From assembly GCA_949841325.1 (NCBI GenBank), contig CATKZK010000004.1:1-63179 (forward strand): DNA of 63,179 bases, read 5' to 3'. Of this stretch, positions 19,273 to 28,948 are shown piece after piece. Under the pieces are notes generated by a model, which was given only the letters and a program-made list of their open reading frames with translations, searched no databases and was not told the DNA's origin. The position numbers were made by a program, and so were the translations under genes. The first letter of the stretch is position 1, and each line of letters opens with the position of its first letter. This DNA is from an uncultured Bacilli bacterium (GTDB lineage Bacteria; Bacillota_I; Bacilli_A; RF39; UBA660).

Positions 19273-19719
19273 ATGAAAAATAATGCCTATAAGATGCTTA
19301 GTCTATTTAAAACCAAGTACCCTAAATCAGTGACTTGGTTTCGTTTAAAAAAACATTGTGCTATTGTTGATCGTCATCTGAATCCTAACGAAGAAATTCG
19401 CTTTTGTATGGCTGGACAGTTAGATGATAACGCACTTAGTTTTTTTAATACAGGAGTTCTTGTCATTACGAATGAAAGATTAATTGTTGCCCAAAATCGT
19501 CTCCTTATAGGATATAAATTTTCCTCTGTGACTCCTGATTTATATAATGATTTACAGGTAGATGCAGGACTTATTTGGGGAACTCTTACCATTGATACAA
19601 TAAAAGAAAAAATCTACATATCGAATTTGGACAAATCGTCACTTCCAGAAATTGAAACACAAGTAACGATGTTTATGCAAGAAGCAAAAAAGAAATATAA
19701 AGGGCACACTGAAAAGTAG
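19273..19719 (+). CDS. Bacterial PH-domain-like protein
   Basis: GVLVITNERLIV motif. Confidence 0.6.
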   Translation: MKNNAYKMLSLFKTKYPKSVTWFRLKKHCAIVDRHLNPNEEIRFCMAGQLDDNALSFFNTGVLVITNERLIVAQNRLLIGYKFSSVTPDLYNDLQVDAGLIWGTLTIDTIKEKIYISNLDKSSLPEIETQVTMFMQEAKKKYKGHTEK

Positions 19720-19739
19720 ATTTTCTTTAGGAGTATAAC

Positions 19740-20816
19740 ATGAAGAAGTTAATTTTATTTTTAAGTATTGTTATGGTCATTGCAGGTTCTTTTTGGTGGT
19801 ATTTACATAGTCCTAAAGATTATGAACTCACTTATTTATTGGATGATGCAGAAATTACAGAACGCTATGAAAAAAGTTCTCAGTACTATTTTTTTACCAT
19901 AAAAAAAGAAGACCATTCGTTTTATTATTCTATTCCTATGGATTATAAGTTTCATCGAAAAAAGATAACAAAAGTAATCACAGAGGCAAATGATAAGACG
20001 ATTTGTATCACGCCAAAGATAGGAGACTTAAAGATTGATACCATTTGTCATAATGGTGAAGAGTATTTAGATATTGCTTTGACTGAATTAAAACAACAAG
20101 AGGAAGCAAAAAAGATAAATAGTTATCAAAATATTACAATCTATAATCAAAAATACCATTATTTTATTTGGAATAACAAAGGTTTTACTGATATAAAAAA
20201 CAATAAAGAGTATTCCTTTTTAGAGAGTGAAATGTATGCTAATTCTTTAACCTATCAATGGAGAGATTACCTTCTTGTTCCCGATTATGATGAGCCAAGA
20301 AAGTTTAATACATTTTATATTTTAGATTCTTCTAAGGAAAAAGTAGAAGAATGGGAAATCCCTTATGAAATTTCATTTGATTCTTATTTTATGGGAGATG
20401 TGAATGGAAAAATCTATCTTTTTGATACTAAAGAGAAGTGTCAGTATGCTATTGACATAGAGAATAGAAAAATAGAGATAACAAGTGATCAAGAGGGTGG
20501 GGTTGTTTATCAAAATAAATGGACACATAAACCACTAAATGAACTTGCTTATTATCCCGAAACCTTCACTTATGAAAAACAATACAATTTTGAAGTAAAG
20601 GATAATACATTATTTATGCATTATTACCAAAGTAATATTCAGATAAAGCTATCAAATCAAAAAATAGATCATATTATTTATATGACAGATAAAGTAATTT
20701 ATTATCTAGTAGATGAGAATCTTTATGGTTATGAAATGGGGATAGGAGAACAATTATTGCTTACAAATTTTGAATGGAAGTTCTCTTATTTAAATAAAAT
20801 ATTTGTCTTTGATTAA
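19740..20816 (+). CDS. Hypothetical exported protein
   Basis: N-terminal signal/TM; 358 aa. Confidence 0.6.
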   Translation: MKKLILFLSIVMVIAGSFWWYLHSPKDYELTYLLDDAEITERYEKSSQYYFFTIKKEDHSFYYSIPMDYKFHRKKITKVITEANDKTICITPKIGDLKIDTICHNGEEYLDIALTELKQQEEAKKINSYQNITIYNQKYHYFIWNNKGFTDIKNNKEYSFLESEMYANSLTYQWRDYLLVPDYDEPRKFNTFYILDSSKEKVEEWEIPYEISFDSYFMGDVNGKIYLFDTKEKCQYAIDIENRKIEITSDQEGGVVYQNKWTHKPLNELAYYPETFTYEKQYNFEVKDNTLFMHYYQSNIQIKLSNQKIDHIIYMTDKVIYYLVDENLYGYEMGIGEQLLLTNFEWKFSYLNKIFVFD

Positions 20817-20858
20817 CATAATGGGTATTTTATCATATCCTATAATAGGAGTGATAAT

Positions 20859-21182
20859 ATGTATTTTAGAGCAATAAATAATGACACTTATTTTGATTAT
20901 TATACTATTGAAAAAGGAGATACCTTATATAAAATAAGTAAAGAATATAATATAAATCCAACGTTGCTTGCGAGTCTTAACGGACTAAATACGACAGATT
21001 ATATTTATCCTGGACAAGTTTTATTAGTTCCTAATCAGAATTATAGTTACTATATAACAAAGTCAGGAGATACTTTAGACACTGTTGCTAAGACTTTTGA
21101 TATTGGTATCGATAAGTTAATTCACGATAACAATGTGATTTATTTATTAGAAGGTCAAATGATTGTGAAAAAGAAGAATTAA
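20859..21182 (+). CDS. LysM-domain protein (two LysM repeats)
   Basis: YTIEKGDTLYKISKEY…IYPGQVL and YITKSGDTL. Confidence 0.85.
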   Translation: MYFRAINNDTYFDYYTIEKGDTLYKISKEYNINPTLLASLNGLNTTDYIYPGQVLLVPNQNYSYYITKSGDTLDTVAKTFDIGIDKLIHDNNVIYLLEGQMIVKKKN

Positions 21183-21233
21183 TATATTTTTTCTTTTTTT
21201 TATGCTATAATTTTTATGATAGGAGGGAGTTAT

Positions 21234-22829
21234 GTGGTACTAAGAAAACCGTATGCATTTATTATAAAGCATTTTAGATTGATTCATATTCTTTTACTTG
21301 CCTGTTTAATTTTTTTAGTTGTGCATCTTAATGACCTCCACCATTTTTTCGCTAATTTACAAGCGACGAGTACCTATATTTATGCAGGAGCTGATGTCTA
21401 TATTGACCGTACAGTTTACTTGTTTGCTATAGGAGGACTTGCTTTAAGTGGCATAGTTTTTTGGCTATTAAGAGAGAAGAAGAAGCCTACGACTTTATAT
21501 ATGAGTCTTATCTTTTATTTTATCGTTTTAATTATTGGCAATTCATATTTGTTTTCTTTATTACGTAGATTAATGGAAGAAGTATTAGAGATTGATACGA
21601 TCATCTTTGCTAAAGATATTTCGAATATTTTAATGCTTCCTGGATATGTTTTTTTAATCTTCTGTTTTATTCGAGGAATTGGGTTTAATATAAAACAATT
21701 TAACTTCAGTAAAGATATTGCAGAATTACAAATTGCAGATAAAGATTCAGCTGAATTTGAAGTGTTAATTGGGCAAAATAATTACAAATATTTTAGAACA
21801 ATTCGTCGAGTATTTCGTGAAACGAAATATTACATATTAGAGAATCGTTTTGCTATTATCATTATTAGTTCTATTCTATTCCTTTTCTTTCTTGGAGGGT
21901 GTTTCCATTACTATAATCTTTATTTAAAAAAATTGAGTGAGAGAGATATTACAACTGTTGAAGGCATTACATATGTTGTCAATCGCTCTTATATGACAGA
22001 ATATGACTATAAGGGAAATCGCATAAGAAGAGGCTATAAATATGTGGTAGTAAACATGAAGTTTTATAATTCTACGTCTACTGATAAAGCTTTAAATCTT
22101 GACTTAATTACGCTTTATGACAGTGGGTTAGTGTATTATCCAACTCTTCTTGCCAATTCAAGCTTTTATGATTTAGGAGTTCCCTATCATGAAGGCGAAA
22201 AAATACATGCTAGTGATGAATTAACGGCTACTTTAGCGTTTGAAATTCCTTCTTCTGTTAAATCAAAAGATTTTACTTTACGGGTGCAATATGGTTTAGA
22301 TAATGCATTAGATAGAGTCATTGCCAAGTATCGTCAGTTTGCAATCCATACTGTATCGATTGATGCTGAAGAATTAATTCAAAGTAGGAATATAAATGAG
22401 ACGATGAATGTTAATGCTGTTGGCGAGAATCAGTTTTCTTTGACCATTGCAGGACACGAGATAAGAGATTCATATAATGATCGTTTTGTTATTTGTTCAA
22501 AAAATTTAACTTGTACACCATCTTCTAGATTAGTCGTTCCAACAAACCCAATTAATTCTACGATGTTAGTTGTACATTATACTGGAGAGATGTTTGACGA
22601 TGCTAACTTTACAATGACTTTTGATACATATAATAAAGTATTTGCTAATATTGGTGAACTTACGTATAAGATAGCTAACAAAGAATATACGGAGTCGATT
22701 GATATTGTGCCTTTATCCAATGTAGAAGGGAAAATATTTATTAACGTGAATCGAAGAATATCTAGAGCAAGTGAAATCTTTTTAACTTTTCATTTTAGAA
22801 ATGAAACCTATAATGTTCAATTAAAATAA
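21234..22829 (+). CDS. Multi-TM membrane protein with extracellular Ig-like (DUF4352-like) domain
   Basis: About five N-terminal TM segments; YVVVNMKFYN…AFEIP pattern; GTG start behind AGGAGG. Confidence 0.55.
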   Translation: MVLRKPYAFIIKHFRLIHILLLACLIFLVVHLNDLHHFFANLQATSTYIYAGADVYIDRTVYLFAIGGLALSGIVFWLLREKKKPTTLYMSLIFYFIVLIIGNSYLFSLLRRLMEEVLEIDTIIFAKDISNILMLPGYVFLIFCFIRGIGFNIKQFNFSKDIAELQIADKDSAEFEVLIGQNNYKYFRTIRRVFRETKYYILENRFAIIIISSILFLFFLGGCFHYYNLYLKKLSERDITTVEGITYVVNRSYMTEYDYKGNRIRRGYKYVVVNMKFYNSTSTDKALNLDLITLYDSGLVYYPTLLANSSFYDLGVPYHEGEKIHASDELTATLAFEIPSSVKSKDFTLRVQYGLDNALDRVIAKYRQFAIHTVSIDAEELIQSRNINETMNVNAVGENQFSLTIAGHEIRDSYNDRFVICSKNLTCTPSSRLVVPTNPINSTMLVVHYTGEMFDDANFTMTFDTYNKVFANIGELTYKIANKEYTESIDIVPLSNVEGKIFINVNRRISRASEIFLTFHFRNETYNVQLK

Positions 22830-22852
22830 AAGAGGGCTATTTAAAGCTCTCT

Positions 22853-22921
22853 TCATTTAAAGTTTGTAAGCTCATCCATATATTTTGTAGGAATTTTATT
22901 ATCTTGTTGTAGATAAGACAT
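22853..22921 (-). CDS. Small ORF or gene remnant MSYLQQDNKIPTKYMDELTNFK
   Basis: Strong RBS AAAGGAG upstream of ATG; only 22 aa. Confidence 0.3.
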   Translation of the reverse strand: MSYLQQDNKIPTKYMDELTNFK

Positions 22922-23109
22922 TATAATATTCACTCCTTTAATTTTGTTTTATTTTAGCCAAGCAAAACATTTTTGTCAATTATTTATATGTTGAAAACTA
23001 TCTAATCTATTGAATATTTTGCTATGTCAAAATGTTTAAATAAAAATGAAAGAACACACTAAGGTTACTACTAATAAAACTTAGGCAAACAAAAATCGCA
23101 TTTCTGCGA

Positions 23110-23787
23110 CTAACTTGTTTTAGATTTTGAAAATTTGTGTTTATCTTCTAAGTGATTATTTTCACTTAACTCATCACTATCTAAAGATTCAGGAAATGAA
23201 TATAGACCTAATAATTCTGTCTTCAAATTTTCTAAATCTTTTAGTTCTGATGCAATACTTTTCTCTTGTGTTTCGGTTTCAGCACTTGAATCCTCTTGTT
23301 TTTTCAAATATGCTTTAGTTTCTTCAACAGGTGTTATTGTTTTTATATCTTTAGAGAATTGTTCAATCAAAGGTAGAATCTCATCAATTGCCTTATTAGC
23401 AAACAGATACACTTTTCTACCTAGAATGTTTCTAAAAGGCTTAATTATAGGTTCTCTTTTATCATCTCCAACATTCCAAAAAGCAATACCATAATTTTCA
23501 CTAAAAATTGTTCCTGTACCATAATCACTCATAGAACTACAAAAGTTAAATTCAAAAGGTTTATCCATTACTTGACCTTCAGTTTCTACGAATACATATT
23601 GTTCCGTATAACCCTTATAAGATGTAAATTTAACTTTTGAACCTTCAGCTGTTTTTAGTGTTGCTCTACTTCCTTCTTGATTATACATATTAGTTTTAAA
23701 TTCATCATTCATGTTTTCATATACATAAGATGTAACAGCAGACTTAATTTGCTCTAACTTGTCTGCAATTTCTTTATTATTTAACAT
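23110..23787 (-). CDS. Hypothetical protein
   Basis: 225-aa ORF, RBS AAGGGGG, hairpin terminator downstream. Confidence 0.6.
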   Translation of the reverse strand: MLNNKEIADKLEQIKSAVTSYVYENMNDEFKTNMYNQEGSRATLKTAEGSKVKFTSYKGYTEQYVFVETEGQVMDKPFEFNFCSSMSDYGTGTIFSENYGIAFWNVGDDKREPIIKPFRNILGRKVYLFANKAIDEILPLIEQFSKDIKTITPVEETKAYLKKQEDSSAETETQEKSIASELKDLENLKTELLGLYSFPESLDSDELSENNHLEDKHKFSKSKTS

Positions 23788-24000
23788 TATTCTTCCCCCT
23801 TTTTAAATAATGGTTGTTATAATACACTAAAATATTCATATTGTCAAATTTTATTCCTTGTGTTAATTTAGGGAAAGAAAACAATTAGAAGAAGAAAAAA
23901 ACTTAAGCAAAAGCTAGAGAAAAAGAAGAAATACTCTCGAAATATAGGGTGAGTTAGAGATTTTGACAAGTATATCAAAATATCCCATGAGGTATTTTTT

Positions 24001-24108
24001 AATTACATAAAAAATCATCTCAAAATGAGATGAACTGTATTAAAATGTTCGAAATATTCGAACAGATTCGTCAATGGAGCCCTAAGGGAGGAGGTACAAC
24101 GACTTTTT
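24001..24108 (-). repeat. Repeat copy G with palindromic trailer
   Basis: Reverse complement AAAAAGTCGTTGTACCTCCTCCCTTAGGGCTCCA (28/34 to copy E), then TGTTCGAA-TAT-TTCGAACA and a CATCTCA/TGAGATG hairpin plus TTTTTTATG; starts 2 nt after the stop of the 24111 gene. Confidence 0.8.
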
Positions 24109-24110
24109 AA

Positions 24111-24659
24111 TTATAATTTATTCATAATTTTCACAAATTCATTTTTTAAATTGTTACTTGGATCAACTATTATTTTTACGTCTTCTAGTAAATTAACAGT
24201 GTTTGTATTTCCTAGTAGCCAAACAGGAAATGCGTTATATTCTTCATTGTCAATCATACCATATATTTTCCAATAATTATTCTCTTTATACATTACAACA
24301 TAGTAATAATCATTTTGTGTAAACCCAAAGTTAGACTTTCCAACATATTGAACAATACCCCATAAATCCTTATTATTTAGTTTAATCATAGAATTTTTAA
24401 AATCCACAATTTCTTGCTTAATTTTTGGATATTTTACAAGCCATTCATCAATTATTTGATAGAAATCTTGATAAGTTTTATATCTATAATAAGGATACGT
24501 ATTAATCATATTAGTATATTCTTCAATCTTTCTTAACAAAACTTCATTCCAAACAAACATTTCTTCATTATATTTTCGATGATATTTTAAAACATTATAT
24601 TTCTTATGAGTTTCTGGAATATAAATATTACTTATAATTTTATTATTATTGAACATCAT
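24111..24659 (-). CDS. Hypothetical protein (cargo between tRNA-Cys and repeat G)
   Basis: 182-aa ORF, RBS TGGAG. Confidence 0.6.
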   Translation of the reverse strand: MMFNNNKIISNIYIPETHKKYNVLKYHRKYNEEMFVWNEVLLRKIEEYTNMINTYPYYRYKTYQDFYQIIDEWLVKYPKIKQEIVDFKNSMIKLNNKDLWGIVQYVGKSNFGFTQNDYYYVVMYKENNYWKIYGMIDNEEYNAFPVWLLGNTNTVNLLEDVKIIVDPSNNLKNEFVKIMNKL

Positions 24660-24825
24660 TCGTCTCCAATCATATTGTCTTTGACAATATGCAAGTGTAT
24701 TTTTTAAATTGACATAGTTCAGTCAATTTTATTATGTTATATAAATTTATTCAGTATAATTCTTGTAGGCAATATCAGTTGTTGAGTGTCCGCCGAATCT
24801 CTTATAGTGAAGCGGTTTGATAAAA

Positions 24826-24924
24826 ATGAAAACTAAGACTTTTGTAGTGAAAGTTCTAAAGCTCATTGCTATCATTTTATTTCTCCTTATCATTATGATA
24901 GTAGTTATAAAAAATGACACTTAA
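24826..24924 (+). CDS. 32-aa single-TM peptide, type I toxin-like (MKTKTFVVKVLKLIAIILFLLIIMIVVIKNDT)
   Basis: Hand-translated; TTGACA promoter at about 24709, structured 5' UTR (CCGC…GCGG), hairpin over the stop. Confidence 0.5.
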   Translation: MKTKTFVVKVLKLIAIILFLLIIMIVVIKNDT

Positions 24925-25036
24925 TTCTTCATTGAATTAAATGTCGATCTAATTAATTTGGGTAGACATTCAATATTGCAAAACTGAATGTTCCCTTTTT
25001 TATTTTATGCAAGTTTCCTTGACGTATTCATAATAA

Positions 25037-25102
25037 CATAAAAACGACTTTTTGACAAGTCGTTTGGTATTGTTACTCGAAAGTTCGAGTTTCCTATCAA
25101 TC
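25037..25102 (-). terminator. tRNA-Cys trailer: ACTCGAA-CT-TTCGAGT palindrome plus AAACGACTT/AAGTCGTTT terminator
   Basis: Two inverted repeats directly 3' of the tRNA CCA; homologous to repeats D and F. Confidence 0.7.
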
Positions 25103-25176
25103 TGGAGGGGCCTAACGGATTTGAACCGATGATCAGGGAGTTGCAGTCCCACGCCTTACCACTTGGCTAAAGCCCC
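25103..25176 (-). tRNA. trnC: tRNA-Cys (GCA)
   Basis: 74 nt, GGGGCTT acceptor stem, anticodon loop CTGCAAC, T-loop GGTTCAAATCC, U73 discriminator, encoded CCA. Confidence 0.97.
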
Positions 25177-25526
25177 ATGACATAATTGATTATAACATGA
25201 TTTATAAGCGATTTCAATATATTTTATGCGTTAGTCAGCGCCTTTATTCCTAGTGTATTTTAATACTAGTAAAAGTTTTCTCTTGTTAAAATAAAATATA
25301 CAGTTTGGTGATATACAAAATAAAACATGGTAGTTATACTAATGATAGTATGATGAATGATTGTTTAATATCTATTGGGGACCCTTAAGTTCAATTTTTT
25401 TTGTTGGAATAAGCACGTCCTCGAATTTATTAAGATGAAATTATATATTGAGGACATCTAGTGGGTTAAACACGTAATGGTGTCTATATATGTACCAAAG
25501 TTTTAATCTAGAAAGGAGGAATCTAT

Positions 25527-25985
25527 ATGAAATTAATTAAATTTTCTTTTTTATTCTTGGTTGCTGTTATTCTCGTAGAAACTGTTTCTGTATTTGCAGG
25601 TAATACGATTCCATCTACAGGAATTGTTCCACTCTTTGCAGAAATTCCAGCAGGAAAAACAATCACATTTAGTAATTATACAAAGGGAAGCGACTTAAAT
25701 GCACAGTCATACCAATTTAATACAGCAAAGACGACAATTACAAATCCTTGTCCAAGTTGTAAGTTTAAGATAACTCTATATAATGGGAAAAATAATCAAC
25801 TTGGTTCAGTAACGGGAAAAACTGGAGATAATATTTATTTTGATAGTAAATACAATAATGTAAGTGCAGCTCCTGGAGATTACCATATTAGTGTAAAACG
25901 TGATCAAGTAACGGCTGTTACTAGTGTTGAAACTGGCAATTGGTATATTGCTAAAGCAAATCCTAAAGCTGTTTTTCAAAATTAA
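25527..25985 (+). CDS. Secreted small beta-rich protein
   Basis: Signal peptide ending VFA; CPSC pair; first gene of the ABC cluster. Confidence 0.65.
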   Translation: MKLIKFSFLFLVAVILVETVSVFAGNTIPSTGIVPLFAEIPAGKTITFSNYTKGSDLNAQSYQFNTAKTTITNPCPSCKFKITLYNGKNNQLGSVTGKTGDNIYFDSKYNNVSAAPGDYHISVKRDQVTAVTSVETGNWYIAKANPKAVFQN

Positions 25986-26001
25986 GAATTGGAGATAAGG
26001 T

Positions 26002-26892
26002 ATGAAGTTTAAGAAGTATAGTATGATTTTGTTTTTTATTTTATTTATGGCGATTATTTATTCTTTAGGAATAATAAAATTTAATAATTGGCATAATACG
26101 ATGACCAAACTGCATATGGAACAAATTGAAGATTGTAAAAGTCGAAAGGAAGAGTATTCAAAAGAAGAAGAAAGAGAATATTGTTCTAAGAAACTGAAGC
26201 ATCAAGAATTTGTAATTAGTTATGCTGAAACAAAAAAATATTATGATGATTTCATACCTTTTTCTTCTAATTTTTTTATTATTTTTTTGATTGTACTGGC
26301 AAGTTGTTATTATAATTCAAAGTATTTAAAAAATAATATTATTTCCTATGATTTAGCAAGGGAAAATTATAAAAAAGTGAAATACAAGATATTTTCAAGA
26401 GCATGGGTTTCAGCACTTGTAGTTCCCTTTTTTATGGTCATTAAACTTATTATTTGTTTTGTGCTTTGTTTTTATCAAAAAGGAACTACGGATATTCTTT
26501 TATGGGAAACAACTAGTACTTTTAATGCTTTATATTTATTTGTAGATATCTTCATCGCTTTAGTAGATTGCTTAATTATTACAAATATTTGTATTGTAGT
26601 TATGAGAAAGCAACACCATTTTATATTATCATCTATTCTATCTTATTTGTGCGTTATAGGAATAGAATTGTTTTTAGAAATTGTAATTGATGGTCTTTTA
26701 ATAAATAAAATATTTGGTACAGATTTTGGACTTGTTTTTAACATCATCACATTTGGCCATTTCCCTGACTCTTATGGAATAGCTCCACCATTGTTAGTAT
26801 CTTTAGGAATATTTATCGTAACATCTTTATTTGTAATGCGCTCATATCAAGATAAAGAGCAATTAGTGATTGATTGTGAATCAAATAGTTAA
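26002..26892 (+). CDS. ABC transporter permease-like protein
   Basis: About six TM segments; adjacent to an ABC ATPase. Confidence 0.65.
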   Translation: MKFKKYSMILFFILFMAIIYSLGIIKFNNWHNTMTKLHMEQIEDCKSRKEEYSKEEEREYCSKKLKHQEFVISYAETKKYYDDFIPFSSNFFIIFLIVLASCYYNSKYLKNNIISYDLARENYKKVKYKIFSRAWVSALVVPFFMVIKLIICFVLCFYQKGTTDILLWETTSTFNALYLFVDIFIALVDCLIITNICIVVMRKQHHFILSSILSYLCVIGIELFLEIVIDGLLINKIFGTDFGLVFNIITFGHFPDSYGIAPPLLVSLGIFIVTSLFVMRSYQDKEQLVIDCESNS

Positions 26893-26905
26893 AAAGGAGA
26901 AAAAA

Positions 26906-27556
26906 ATGAAAATAGAAGTAAAAAATATTACAAAGAAGTTTAAAGAAAATTGTATCATCAATAAGATAAGTGCTACTTTTGAATCGGGAAAAGTTTATGG
27001 TTTATACGGGCGAAATGGATCCGGTAAAAGTGTTTTTTTAAAAATGATTGCCGGCTTATATATTCCTACTACAGGTGAAATATTATATGATGGAATAGAT
27101 TTAAATAAAGAGGATAAATACCCAGTTTCTTTAAGAGCTTTTATAGAAAGGCCCTCTTTTTTCCCCGATTTAACAGGATATCAAAATTTAAAATTACTTG
27201 CTGAAATTCAAGATAAAATAGGTGATAAAGAAATAATGGATGCCTTAGAAATAGTTAATTTAATAGAAGAAAAAGACAAGAAGTTTTCAAAATATTCTCT
27301 TGGAATGAAGCAAAAATTAGGAATAGCGCAAGTCATTATGGAAGATCCAGAAGTGCTTATTTTTGATGAGCCATTTAATGGAATTGAGAAAGAAAGTGTA
27401 AATAAAATAATGGAATATTTAAAGTCCCAAAAGAAAGAAGGGAAGTGTATATTTATAAGCACGCACATCATGGAAGATTTAAATCGTTTAGCTGATTATA
27501 TATATGAAATGGATTGTGGCAGCCTAATCGAGGTATCTAATGAAAAAAATAAATAA
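26906..27556 (+). CDS. ABC transporter ATP-binding protein
   Basis: GRNGSGKS, YSLGMKQ, IFDEP; start set by RBS AAGGAG. Confidence 0.92.
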   Translation: MKIEVKNITKKFKENCIINKISATFESGKVYGLYGRNGSGKSVFLKMIAGLYIPTTGEILYDGIDLNKEDKYPVSLRAFIERPSFFPDLTGYQNLKLLAEIQDKIGDKEIMDALEIVNLIEEKDKKFSKYSLGMKQKLGIAQVIMEDPEVLIFDEPFNGIEKESVNKIMEYLKSQKKEGKCIFISTHIMEDLNRLADYIYEMDCGSLIEVSNEKNK

Positions 27557-28289
27557 GGTAGCTTATAGAAGAGCAGTTGAATTTTTAAATAGAAAGACTT
27601 CTAGTATGATATTTTTTTATTTATTTTTTTTGACTAGCGTTCCTTTAGTCACTTATAAACCAATACAGAACTTTTGGTATAATCTTTATTATTCTTTTGG
27701 TGTTCCATTGATTAATACTTTGTTTTTTCTTTTAGTGATTGTATCGATTAATTGGTTTATCAGAAAAAGGCCAATTGAGAAGTATATAGTCCATCGAATT
27801 GGAACTTATAAAGATATGATAATATGTGATTTGGTCTCTATAATATATATTACCTCCATTTTGTTTGCTGCCTTTTCTATTTTCAATTTATCTTTTTCTA
27901 TTCTTGGTGCAGGAACTCATTACAGTCTTCTTAAAGATTCTTACGAGATCATTCTTCCTGTTTCTATTTGTATTGAACTTGTAAAATATTATGCTTATGT
28001 AGTTAGTATAAGTTTTATCACCTATTTTCTATCGCTTCTTCAAAATCAAAATATCCGTTTTCTTTTTCTTGGTTTATTATTCATGATAACCATAGTTCCT
28101 CCAAATCAACTTTTATCGGCAACGAATATTTTTGAAACATCCATTCAATATACATTCTTTATTAATCATATGGGATTTTCTAATTTTTATGTTTTTCTTG
28201 TATGTTCTATGATAAATCTGTTTTTATACTTTATTGTCACCATAATGTTATATAGAATTACATTAAAGAAGCGAGGAGATTTAGTATGA
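27540..28289 (+). CDS. ABC permease-like membrane protein
   Basis: Multi-TM, overlapping operon organisation. Confidence 0.6.
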   Translation: MKKINKVAYRRAVEFLNRKTSSMIFFYLFFLTSVPLVTYKPIQNFWYNLYYSFGVPLINTLFFLLVIVSINWFIRKRPIEKYIVHRIGTYKDMIICDLVSIIYITSILFAAFSIFNLSFSILGAGTHYSLLKDSYEIILPVSICIELVKYYAYVVSISFITYFLSLLQNQNIRFLFLGLLFMITIVPPNQLLSATNIFETSIQYTFFINHMGFSNFYVFLVCSMINLFLYFIVTIMLYRITLKKRGDLV

Positions 28290-28915
28290 AGTATCAATGC
28301 AATATACTAAAAGAAGTAATCAAAAAGTCTTTAAAATATCTATTATTTTTTTACATACTCGTCTTTTTAGATCTATTTCTTTTTTTTGTAGGAAATCATG
28401 CACATGAAGAGATTGTAATCAAACTAATGTCTTATCTATTTATTCCTACACTGGAAAGTATAAAGTCAATACATCCCTTAATTTTTCTATATCAATTTAT
28501 TTTCTTTTTATATTTTATTGTTTCATTTATCACGTATGAAAAAAAGGCTTCTGCCGAATTTACAGCATTGAGGTTACGTTCAAAACAATTTTTCCTTTCT
28601 AAATTTTGCTGCCTTTTGTTGTTCTTTGTCTTCTATTTTCTTTTCTATGGATCCTTTTTATTTTTCTTTTTTGGAAAAATAGTTTTTTATTCGATCTTCT
28701 TATTTCAATATATACTTTATGTGTTTTCTCTTTTTATTTTTTTAGCGTGTTTCTTTATTTCGACAAAACAATTTGTATATAAATTGCTTCTTTTAGTAGT
28801 CGGTGGAGTTATCTCTATTTTCTTTCCTATAGGAATTATAGTAATAAGTTCACTTATATTCTTTCTTTTACGTTTCGTTTCATTTTCTTTAAAACAATTT
28901 TATAATCAAGCATAA
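28286..28915 (+). CDS. Multi-TM membrane protein
   Basis: Very hydrophobic; ATGA overlap with the previous gene. Confidence 0.6.
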   Translation: MKYQCNILKEVIKKSLKYLLFFYILVFLDLFLFFVGNHAHEEIVIKLMSYLFIPTLESIKSIHPLIFLYQFIFFLYFIVSFITYEKKASAEFTALRLRSKQFFLSKFCCLLLFFVFYFLFYGSFLFFFFGKIVFYSIFLFQYILYVFSLFIFLACFFISTKQFVYKLLLLVVGGVISIFFPIGIIVISSLIFFLLRFVSFSLKQFYNQA

Positions 28916-28948
28916 AAAAATCCGTTTCTATTTTGAAACGAATTTTTA

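Noticed and set aside
24040-24070. LexA (GAAC-N4-GTTC) box in the TTCGAA palindromes
   Set aside because: Half-site spacing is 2-3 nt, which does not fit the Bacillota SOS box; better explained as part of the repeat trailer.
25370-25520. Known riboswitch in the leader of the secreted-protein operon
   Set aside because: One inverted repeat only; I could not recognise TPP, SAM, purine, c-di-GMP or T-box signatures by eye.
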